Shown piece by piece: positions 45,364 through 57,300 of a DNA stretch of 64,000 nt. Source of the stretch: an uncultured Planctomycetaceae bacterium (GTDB taxonomy: Bacteria; Planctomycetota; Phycisphaerae; Sedimentisphaerales; UBA12454); the NCBI GenBank assembly GCA_964619675.1, contig CAZUEO010000001.1, positions 2,138 through 66,137 on the forward strand, given 5' to 3'. Below the pieces are notes generated by a model. It was not told the DNA's origin, ran no database searches, and saw nothing but the letters and a program-made list of their open reading frames with translations. Each line of letters opens with the position of its first letter. Within the stretch, counting starts at the first letter, position 1. The position numbers were made by a program, and so were the translations under genes.

Positions 45364-48300
45364 TCATGGTTGATTATCAAAATACGTGTGCCAATCTATC
45401 GAAGGAGCGGTGGTGTTACCGTATTTGTCTTTTGTATAAACTCTGTAGCCGGAATGATTTGTATTTGGGTACGGCCCTGCTCGGTAGTATGGGGTATCAA
45501 TCCAGCCGCTGTCGGTACCGCTGCTGGTGTAGCAATCGAAGTAATACCAGACAACTCCGCTATCATCTGTAGCGGTAGTAGCTGTCATAATATGGTACCA
45601 CCAATCTAATGGATAGTTAGGGTCTAAACCCTGTACGGCTTGAGGCACAGAGGCCCATGTGCTCGGGTTTGGTTGCGGCGGCGTCGTATCATTTGGCTCG
45701 TTTGGCTCCTCGCCTGGGGGCGGTGTGGTAGCTGAGGCAGGAATTGAGTAAGCCGTTTCGTTTTGTGCCGGTGATTTATCGCGAGCCTTTACCCGATAAG
45801 TGTAGGTTGTATTAGGTTCGAGGCCGAGGTCCTCGTAAGTTTCGCTGGCTTGCCAGTCACAATCATGGCAGTCTGGTGGGCTGACACAGTCGAAATAGTA
45901 TTCAGGTGGTCCACAGGCATCGGTGGCGGTCGCTGCCGTCATACTGATTGAGTTCGACGATGTTGGGTGAGGCGCTATTGCCCATAGCATTGGATCCGGC
46001 TGGGGCGGAGCGTCATCCTGGCCTACTACCGCATAGCTGATAATGCTCCAGTCGGTCTCATTGCCTTGTTCATCCTTTGCCTTGACGCGGTAACCGTATT
46101 GTACTCCAATGGTAAGACCGGTGTCGGTGTAGGTTGAATTCGGACCCCAGGGTTGGTCATGACCGCTTCCATATACGCAGTCAAAGTAATATTGTATGGA
46201 TGAACCTGAATTATCTCTGGCGGTGGTCGCTGTCATTGTAATTTTAGTTATATCTGCCGAGTGAGGCCTTATAGCCCATGTCATCGGGTCCGGTTTTGGC
46301 GGAACGGTTTCCGTATCACCGTAGTTTGCGGCAAAGGCTGCAAAGTCTTCAAAGTCAACCTCACCATCTTCGGTTATGTCTCGTTCGTGACAGAAGTACG
46401 GGAAGATGCAGCCTGATCTCATCCAGTACTCGAAAAAGAGACCGGCATCGATATCATCAACAATACCGTCAAAGTTAAAATCGCCGAGTATATCAGCGGT
46501 CAGCGTATAATGGTACCCCATATCAACAATACCTGAATCAATTGCCATGCCTTTAACTGTTACATGGTCTGTTCTTGTAGTGTGTCGGTACATATCATTG
46601 TCGATTGCCGGGCTGGAACCGCTGTTGACACAGTTGCTGTCTACTGTCTGGAGAGGCTCGCCGGTTATAATCTGGCTGAGATAATAGTCTCCCCAGTAGC
46701 CGGTAACAAACAGCGGGCTTGTTAATGTTGTGCCGGTAAGGTTGTTTGCATCGTCCCAGTTGAGTATGCAGCCATTCTCGGTGTCAACAAATACGTTTGC
46801 TGCTCCGTCCTCTACATCGCTGTACCAGACGCTTACTTCGGCTCTTAATTTATCTGCGGCATAGGATGGACTTCCTACTGAGATTTGCGGGCCGTATTCC
46901 GCGTTGTTGCTCCAGATTATACTGTTAATGACTTTTGTGTCGGCTTCGTAAGCACAGCTCAGGCCGCCGCCCATGCCGGTGGCAAAACCGCCGCCTGTTA
47001 TAATGTTGTGTGCTATAGTACAGTTTGAAAGAGTGAGCTGCGCATCCCAGTTGGATGATATCCCGCCGCCGTCCCTGCCGGCGTTGTTGTGTATGATAAG
47101 ACAGTTGTGCATGCTTGGCGCAAGCTCGCCAGAGAAGTAAACTCCGCCGCCGCTTGTGGAAGCTTCATTATTGATGATTTCGCAGTCGTAGAATTTTGCA
47201 TCGCTTGATGCGCAGTAAATCGCACCGCCCTGACCTGCCGGGTCAATAGCTAAATTGCCGTTAAAATCGCATTCAAAGACAATGGAGTTGCTATCGGCAA
47301 GCAGCATAGCACCGCCGAGCATTGAAGTACAGTTTTCAAAATAGCATCTGCTTATGTGGGCGATTGAATCTTCCCAGTACATTCCGCCGCCGGCGCAGGC
47401 CCGGTTATTAATGAAGGCGCAATTTTTGAAGACTGGTATCGCAGTGCCTTCTGCACAGACTGCGCCGCCGTAGCTTACCACCGAGTCGTACAGGACGGTT
47501 TCTTCTATTGTTACTCCTACTGTATCTGGATTGGGTACATTGGGGTCAGAACCTGCTATCTGGCCTCTGGTATGAGCTTCGTTGTCAACAAAGTCACAGT
47601 CTGTGAAATTGGCCTCGCTTCCGGCTGCCATATATACGGCGCCGCCGAACGAGTCGATGGCATAATGTTGCATCGGGTAGCCGGCAATGTTGTCTGTACC
47701 GCTTATGCCGCAGACACCGCCGTAAGCACGGTTGCCCTGGAATAGACATTTCTCAAATTCCGGTTTGCTGCCGCCCATACAGTAAATAGCGCCACCGTAG
47801 CCGCTGTAGTACCAGTATCCCTGGTATGGTCCGAAGTCCCATGTATGATATGCGTTATCATTGGGGTCGCCCCAGTTTCCGCCGTGTCCGCGTCGGCCGG
47901 CACCATCCATACCATTACTGCCTTGAGCGTAGCAGTCTATGAAAGCGCAGTTTTTAAACAGCGGATTGCTTTCAGAATCAATGGCTACGGCGCCACCCCG
48001 TGCCCAGCCTGCCCAGCCGCCGTCTCCCTCGTTGCCTGTACCGTCGCAGCCATTGCTGGCAAGTGCCGAACAGTCGATGAATTGGCAGTTGCGAATTGTG
48101 GGCGAAGCATTGTATAGATTCATCGCGCCGCCGAAAATACTTCCGCCGTTACGACCGTCACCTGTTGGTCCGTGAGCCTCTTCTGGGCTACAGTCAATAT
48201 AGCCCCCATAATAATGAGCATCCTGGATGGATATTCCGTCCAGAATCATAGTTCTGTCGACATTCGCGAGCCGGAAACCGTTGCCCTGCAGGATAGTCTC

Positions 48301-51300
48301 CGCTACTACGCAGGGGTCATCCGGATTTGTGCCGGTAATCGTGATGTTCTTGCCGTTGATGATGATTTTTGCAGGGTCATAATTGGACTCTGAGCCGGCA
48401 TATATTCCCTTGGCAAGAATAATTTTGTCTCCGCTTTTGGCGTCATTTACTGCATTCTGCAGAGAGGTATATTCACCTGGTACATATAGATTTTTCGGTT
48501 GTTCAAATGATACTGTAACCTGCCTGTCGCGAATCATAACAACGTAGTTTGTTATATTGGTTGAACTGTCATCATCTGTGCCTGCCCATTGATTTACTCG
48601 CCAGCCGGCATCGGGTATGGCAGTAAGTTCAACGGTTGTACCGGCATAGTATTGGCCGCTGGGTGGCGCAATATTTCCATGACCGCCGACAGCGGCCGTT
48701 GTAAGATTGAATCGGCCGGGTTTGTTAGCCTCGATGTCGATGTAGTGGTAGCCGATATCAAGCTGGCCCGCATCGCCGGCGTTTATACTGGCATCGCCGC
48801 TGTCAATTCTGGTTGTATAATCAGCCATATTATTATCAGGCAGAACGCTGACATTCGCGGCAAGCGCACTGCCGGCGTCGATAGCCAGGCTGTCGGTATC
48901 ATCCGGGGCAGAAGGAATTTTCTGGCTGAGATAGTATTCGCCCAAATCGCCTGTTACAAATAGCGGCGGGCTTAACGGATTAGACCTGCTACCTGCCCCG
49001 TTGTTGCCGGCAGTTGCACTGTTGAGCGCGTCAATGTTGACATTCGGATCGCTTGTATTAAGTGTCTTATAGGTAATGCCGGAATCACGGTCATAGAAAT
49101 CCCCATCGTAGTTATCATAGAACAGACAGTATGAAATATTCGGGTCGCTGTCATCGCTGCTTTCGTAGATTGCAATTCGTTTTGTTTGGTCGAAGATGCA
49201 GTCTTTTATAATCGGCGAACTGTTATATGCGCAGAGGACTGCGCCGCCATAGCCGCCCGGTTCGGTTCCATTTTCGCTGAAGCTGCAGCTTGTTATTTGC
49301 GGCGAGGAGTTAAGCGCGATGAACACCGCACCACCTCTTGCATTGGCGGAATTTTTGGCAAACAGACAATTATGCATCCTGGAGGTTGTGGTAGAAGGCC
49401 CCCTGAACATAATACCGCCGCCGCTAAACAGCGAAGTGTTATTCATTATTTGGCAGTTGATAATTTCAAGCGGCAGATTTGATATAAAGGCACCGCCGCC
49501 TTCGGCGTTTGTGCCGATAGCTCTGTTGTACATAATGGCGCCGCCGTGAATTTTGGCGGTTGACCTTTCGCTAATGAGGTACAAACCGCCTCCGGCAGAA
49601 GCGGTATTTCTGTTGATATAACAGTTAACGAACGTGGCGTTGAAGTTCTTGGCGGTAATCGCACCGCCTATGTTGCCTGCAATGTTGTCGGTGAAGGCAC
49701 AGTTGTTAAAGTCCAGGACGCATAGATTAGTGTCTGTGGTTTCGCCTATTGCCAAGGCGCCGCCGTCGCCGTTTGAGTCAGTCGCGGTATTTCCACCGAA
49801 GTAGCAGTCTGTTAATTTAATATTGTTATTTGCACCGGACCAGATAGCACCACCGCTGCCCTGCGTTGCACTGTTACCGGTCATATTGCTTTTGGAAATT
49901 GTTATACCGGCACAATTTCTTTCGGAATAGATAGCACCGCCACCAGTGTCGTACATATTGCTGATATCTGCTTGTGTGGTATTGTTGGCAAAGTTGCAAT
50001 CGTTTATGTCGGCTGTAGCACCTGTTTCATAATAGATTGCACCTCCAAAACCTGCGCCGATAGATGCGCCGTCGGAGCCGTCCTGCGGATATGGCGGGTC
50101 ATCCGGTATCAGGCCTGCACCCTGCAGGCCGCCTTGTCCGCCGAGCCCCTGCGAAGCGGTATTTTCAAGGAAATTGCATCTGATTATTTTTGGATTGGCG
50201 CCCGCTGCTGCGTAAATAGCACTGCCGTAACCGCGGCCTGAGCCGTTTCCGCCGTTTCCACCATCGCCGCCGATTTTGTTGGCTGTTCCGTCACTGCCGT
50301 TTCCGCCATCGCCGCCAATGCCGCCTCGTGCGGTGCAATTGCTGATTGTGCAGTTAAGTATCAATGGGCTGCTGTTCTGGCCGCAGAAGAAGACGCCGCC
50401 GTAGCCGTTGCCGGAGCCGCTTCCGCCGCGGCCGCCCTCACCATAACGTGGATGATCTTCGTCGCGAGTATACTCATCTGTAGTCAAGCCATAACCATCC
50501 CGACCATTATTTCCACGTCCACCGGTAACTTCGCAATTGGAAAAGATGCAGTTGCGGATTATCGGGCATGTATTTACATCACAGTATATAGCGCCGCCGT
50601 AACCATTGCCTGTAGCATTATCGCCGTGATAAATAGTATAATTAGGAGAGGCGGGGTACGAGATCATCTCCGGCTGATAACCTTCGGCAATTGAACCAGC
50701 TACCGAACAGTTGGTTATTGTGAAGCCTTCAATAATACTGTTTGCGTCTTCCCCATTTTGGAAGATAAACGCGCGGCCTCCGTTGTTGCAGTCAATAATG
50801 GTCTGCGTGACGACGTTCGGGTCGTTGGGGTCTTCAGAACGTATTTTTATAGCCTTGCCTTTGAAATCCAGACCATTGGGGCCTGTTATATAATGAGGCT
50901 GGCCGTTGGTTTTTCTGTAAACGTAGATGGTGTCGCCGCTTTCAGCAGCGTCGATTGCATCCTGAATATTTTCATATTCGTCAGGCACAATTAGGTTTTT
51001 CGGTGTATAGTATTCAAATCTGACGATAACATGTTTGTTGCTGTCCATAATAAGGGTGAAGTTTTGGTTGTGCGTTTCATAAACTGTGTCGTCGATAATC
51101 CACATAGCCACGCGGCAGTTGACATTCGGGATTGCATGCAGCCTTACCATAATGTTTTCATAGACTTGGTAGGTGTTGCCGGGCAACCAGGGCGCCTCGA
51201 TTGTGCCGTTAACGTCCGGCGGATTGTTCATATCAATTCTTAATTCATAGCGTCGTACATCTGTAGAATAATGATAGCCAAGGTCGACAATATTATTAAC

Positions 51301-54300
51301 ATCATTTACGCCATCAACTACGCCATCAGCTCTTGTCGTAAGCGTATTTAAGCCGAGCGCTTCTGCCGTATCACTGCCAATGTCTATGCAGGGACTGTTT
51401 GAATCCTGGCCGGCAGGTCCTTGAGCGAGATAATATCCGAATACGAAATTCGGATCGTCTTCAATATTATTGCTGTCTGGTGCCCATCCGCTGTTCGGAT
51501 CCCAGTTGATTGTGCAGCCTGGTTCAGCGTAAACGAGCGGCAAACCGGCGCCTATGATAGGCATTTCAGGTTGTCCGCCTTCGACCCTGAATAAGAATCC
51601 TCCCTGCAGCCCACTGTGATATTCTCTGTAAATAAGCCCGTTGGGGTTGCTGTCGAGGAATGCGCCGTTGGCTCCGGAGCCTTCAACTTCGTAGAAAGTG
51701 CCCGCCCTGCCTGTGCCGTTGGAATATCCTGCACGAGCGGAATAACCGCCGAAGCCGTTAGTGCCGCCGCTCGCATCGCCGGTTTCCCATTGTATCTTTT
51801 GGTAATTGAACTCCATATCAAAATCATTGAGAGCTCTGTCGCTGTGGTCAATTATGATAAGCTGGAAACTGTTCAGCTTGTCGGTGTAATAGCTGAAATA
51901 ACCTACATCAAGCCAGTTAACGCCAAAAGCCGGTCTTCCATTTACAGTTCCGTGGCCGTATGTTACCAGATTAGAACCTGCCGCTCTGGTATCCACATCG
52001 GCAAAGAATGGAGCGATAATGGGTGTCCCGATATTGGTTGTCAGGCCGAACGGCGTAAATGTTACCAGTGGGGCATTGAAAGTTATATTGCCGTTGTTGT
52101 TAACGTAGCATTGCGAACGCAGCAGGCCAAAGAAGTTTATAGTAAATCCGAAGTCAACAAGCTCTGTTGACAGGTCGTCGTTCCTGGCGAGAGTATAAGT
52201 ATTAAAGCCAGGTCTTATTGTCTGACCTGTAGTAATATAACCAACATCATTAGGATGGGCTATATCGCTGTATGTAACATTCATTATAGAAGGTATAGGA
52301 TTATTCGCATCGCCGCTGCCGACAGCAATTTGTGATGCCTCGGCTCCGGCATTGCTCCATAGGATAGAGTCGATAATTTGTGTATTGCTTCCATAGGAGC
52401 CGTAAATACCGCCGCCTAAAGCTCTCTGATAACCATTTCCGTTAACAAAGTTCTGAGCAATAGTGCAGTTTTTGATATTTGTGGCAGCAAACCAGTTGGT
52501 AGAAATACCGCCGCCGTCCCTGCTTGATTTGTTGCTTACAATAAGACAGTTTTTGATGAGCGGGCAGTTCTGGTCGGACTGTTCGCCGCTGATGTAGATA
52601 CCGCCGCCGCTTGTCCGGGCTAGGTTGTATGTAATCAGGCAGTTTTCGGTTTTGTTGATGCTGGCAAAAGCATAAATACCGCCGCCTTCGCCTATGAAGT
52701 TATCGTCGTATTCAGTAATCGCTGTATTGGGGTCATTGGGGTCTGTGTAGTAAATGTTTGTTTCGAGTCTGTAAGCCAGGTTGGAGTTGATTTGGCAGTT
52801 GGTGATGGTAACCTTCGGTGAGGCAATGGCGAAGATGCCGCCGCCGCGAAGAGCTGTGTTTTCAGTTATGTTGCAGTCCGTAATTTTAATTGCGTTTGAG
52901 TCTGTAATGTAAAACGCGCCGCCGTCCTCTGTTGCCTCATTGCCGCTGAAGCTTGTCCGGGCAATCACGCCGTCGCAGCCTTCATTGATATAGATACCGC
53001 CTGCATAGTCGGCATCATTGCCGGCAAAGTTGCAGTCGTTAACTTCGATAGCGCAGGTCGGACCGCACATTACCGCACCGGCATCGTTCTGTGAAGTATT
53101 GCCGGTAAATTCACAGCCTTGAAGGTTTACATTGCACAATGCTTCATAGAAGATAGCACCCGCAGAATTTGCTGCATAGTTGTTGGTAAATGAGCAATTG
53201 GTAAATTGCGGACTGCTTAGGGTTCTGCAATATACAGCGCCACCGTTTATACCTGTGTCGCAATCGGTAATCGAGCAATTTTTGAATATCGGATTGCTGG
53301 CGGTGCTGATATAAACGCCGCCGCCGTTCATTGTGGCACTGCAGTTTGTTATGTTGACGTTCCTGAATTCCGGATTGCTGCCGTTGCTGATATAGATTGC
53401 GCCGCCGGAAGCGTTGGTAACATCGCAGTCACTTATATCGACGTTTACGATAAGAGGCGAGCTGTTTATATCGATAAAGATAGCACCGCCGGCAATGGCA
53501 TCTCCGCCGCCGTTAATGATTGTAAGGCCGTCGACGATAGTGTCTGCTGTTTCACCGCCTGCGAAGATAAAGCCCCGGCCGCTGCCGTTGCAGTCAATTA
53601 TGGTTCTGGCAACGATGTACGGGTCGTCCGGATTTACGCCGTATAATTTAATCTGTTTGCCGCCGATGTTGATACCACCGTCGTATGTTCCTGCCGCTAC
53701 AATGAGACTGTCACCGTTCTCAGCCAGTTCAACCGCATTTCGCAGTGCGCTGCCGCCGCCGGAAACCTGAATTGTACGTGCCGGTTTGAAGCGGACAAAG
53801 TATGTATTGTTTGAATCAACAATAAATGTTGTAGATTCCGTGGCGGAAATTTTTGTGCTATTTGCATCATACCAGCCCCTCACAAAATAATTTGCGTCAG
53901 GTATGGCTGTGAAAACCGGAATGGTGCCTGCATCGAATCTATAGGTATAAGTTGCCGTGTTCGCATCGTAAGAGACAAGCCCGTTCGGCTCGGCAGTTAT
54001 TGTGCCGTGAATTGACGGATAGTTGGGGTCTTCGAGTATTTTTACGGTTATGTCATATTGTGGGGTAGGCGGTATTCCATGAGAATAGTGATATCCCATA
54101 TCGACGATATTTACATCATTTACTCCGTCGATTCGAGTAGTTAAGGTATCAAAACCAAGTATCGAGGCCAAGTTGCTTCCGGTGTCAACACAGGGGCTGT
54201 TGGCCTCCTGACCGGCTTCCACCTGACTCAGGTAGTAGCCTTTTATGAAGAGCGGCGGGTCTTCATCGCTATTGTAACTTAATGTATGCCATCCGCCATT

Positions 54301-57300
54301 TGGATCCCAGTTGAGTGTACAGCCCTGCTCGACATAAATCGGTTCCAGGTTTACAAGTGTCGGCGTATCGGAGAAAGTACCGGCCTGAATAAATACTGCC
54401 GAATCGAGGACGTAATCACTTGTGTCGGCAATGGCCAGTTTTATCGTATGTATTCCTGCGCCAAGGCTGGGAGCCTGTGCGGTGAGCATATTTGTGAAGC
54501 CGTCATATTCAATATCGTAAAAAGGACCGCCGTCAGTCAGGTCATTGTTGTTATATAAATATGGATTTGCAGCATTGGTTCCCAGCGGGTTGCCGCCGTT
54601 TACATTGTTAATTGCAACCGGCGTAGTTGTACCGGGTATCAGTGCAATATTCTGTCCATCGAGAAAGAATGCAAATATGTCATTGTATGGTGAGTTAACG
54701 AATTCATTGTATTCTTCGGAAGCAAATATGTAGTTGAAGTACAAATCTCCTCCCGTTGTTGTAAACTGGAAGGTAAGTATAGTAGCGTCATAAGTATTGC
54801 TTTCCGGCACAAGTGTGTCAAGATCGGGGTCTCCCGCCAGAGTATTATTGCCTGTTGAGCCGTCGTTGTTGTTTGGCGGCAGAGCCAAATTGGCATCGCC
54901 GTTGGTGAGAATGATTCCGGATTCTATTTTGATGCCGGCAGCAATTCCGCCTTTGAATAAGCCGGCTGAATTATTTGAGCCGGTGAATCCTGGAGAGCCG
55001 ACGAGTGTGACGCCCGGGCCAAGAATAGCATTTGCCAGAGTAACCGCGTTGTCGGTAAGTGTTATTTCGAGTGAAGGAGCAAGCGCCTCTTGTGTGTAGT
55101 TGGGGTCAAACCGTGGGCCGATATTAGAATATGTTACATTTACAGTTGCAGGCAGCGGATAACCCACATCGCCGCTTCCGACGGCAAGTTGTGTACCATC
55201 TTCTGCGGTATTGCCCCAGATAAGACAGTTGATTACATTGGTATGGCTTGCGTATGAGCAATATAAGCCGCCTCCATAAGAGGACTCATATCCTCTTTTA
55301 GTCAGGTTGTTGTAGGCTATCGTGCAGTTTTCAAGAGATGCGTTGGCGTACCAGTTTACACTTACACCGCCTCCATCACGGCCTGAGCTGTTTTGAGCAA
55401 TAAGACAGTTTTTGACTAAGGTTGAGTTTACATCATTGGTATCAATAGGACCGCTGAGATAAATACCGCCGCCTGAAGTCCGGGCGTTGTTAAATTTGAT
55501 TTGGCAGTTTTCTATCCGTGCGGGACCTGCAAAGGCATAAATACCGCCGCCTTCGCCTATGAGGCTGTCATCTTCAACAACTGAAAAGGGGTCGGTTGGG
55601 TCAAGGAGATAAGTTGCAAGTATATAAGCCTGGTTAGAGTTTATATTACAGTTGTTGATAGTAACCTTCGGTGAGGCAAAAGTGAAGATGCCGCCGCCGC
55701 GAAGGGCTGTGTTTGTGTTAATATTGCAGTCCGTAATTTCAATAACGTTGGAGTCGGTTATATAAATTGCGCCACCATCCTCAATTGTCTCGTTGCCGCT
55801 GAAGCTGGTCTGGGCGATTACACCGTCGCAGTCTTCATCGATATAAATACCGCCTGCGTAGTCGGCATTATTGCCGGCAAAGTTGCAGTCGTTGACTTCG
55901 ACAATACAGGCCAAGCTGCACATTATCGCACCGGCATCTTGGTTTGCGGAATTGTTGGTAAATTCACAGCCTTGAAGGTTTACGTTGCATAACGTTTCAT
56001 AGAAGATTGCACCCGCAGAATCTGCTGAGTTGTTGCTAAATGAGCAATTAATAAATTGCGGACTGCTTAAGGTTCTGCAATATGCAGCACCTCCGTTTAT
56101 ACCCGCGTCGCAGTCAGTAATCGAGCAATTTTTGAATATCGGGTTGCCGGCGGTGCTGATATAAACGCCGCCACCGTTTATCGTGGCACTGCAGTTTGTA
56201 ATATTGACATTCCTGAATTCCGGATTGCTGCCGGTGCTGATATAGATAGCGCCGCCGGAAGCATTACCGGCATTGCAGTTACTGATATCGACATTGACGA
56301 TAAGAGGAGAGCTGTCCGTGTCGATGAATATAGCGCCGCCTTCTATAGTATCGCCGCCGCCGTTGATGATTGTAAAGCCGTCGATAACAGTTTCAGCCGT
56401 TTCATCGCCGCTGAAGACAAAGCCGCGAATGGTGCCGGTGCAGTCAATAATGATTTTTTCTACGACATTCGGGTCGTCCGGGTTTACGCCGTAGAGTTTA
56501 ATCTGTTTGCCGCCGATATTAATGCCGCCGTTGTATGTTCCAGCCGCCACAATCAGGGTATCGCCGTTTTCAGCCAGTTCGACCGCATTTCTCAGGGCAG
56601 TGCCGCCGCCGGAGACGGAAGTTATCTTCTCGGGCTTGAAGCGGAGGAAGTATGTATCATTAGCCTCGACAGTAAAGCTGAATGTGTTGTTGGCCGAGAC
56701 TTTTGTGTTGTTTTTATCGTACCAGCCCTTTACAAAATAGTTTACGTCGGGTGTGGCCGTTAAGGTTGGAGCCGTACCTGCATAAAATTTGAATTTATAT
56801 GTTGCGGTATTTGCATCGTAGGAGACAAGCCTGTTTGGCTCGGCAGTCATTGTGCCGTGAATTCCCGGATAATTGGGGTCTGCGAGTATCTTTACGGTGA
56901 TGTTGTGCTCCGATACAGCGTTCCAATAGTGGAAGCCCATATCGACCATAGCGCTGTCAAACACACCATCGATTCGAGTTGTGTAAGTATCGAGGCCGAG
57001 GATTGAAGCCAGGCTGCTGCCGGCATCGATGCAATTGCTGTCAATATCCTGTCCTGTTGCGATATGGCTTAAATAATATTCGAACACAAAATTCGGGTCT
57101 TCTGCGATGTTATTGCTGTCAGGCGAAACAATCCATGTGTCATTTGCATCCTGCTCAAGACCGATTATTGTGCAGCCCTGTTCGGCATAAATCGGCGTTC
57201 CTACACGTGTTGCCAGGTCGATTGCCTGCATAACTGCGTTGCCGGCCTGGCTGCCGTCGGGAGTTTCAAACATTATACCGCCGCTGTCTTCTGCAAGGCT

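Noticed and set aside
52300-57200. Long near-identical repeats, considered as IS copies, a CRISPR-like array or an assembly duplication.
   Set aside because: Both copies lie in frame within one continuous ORF and encode beta-helix repeats. They differ by roughly 10% in the sampled stretch, so they are not identical as collapsed reads would be. They have no terminal inverted repeats and no transposase. The 2.85-kb period is incompatible with CRISPR. I kept this as an intragenic duplication, though long-read confirmation is still advisable.
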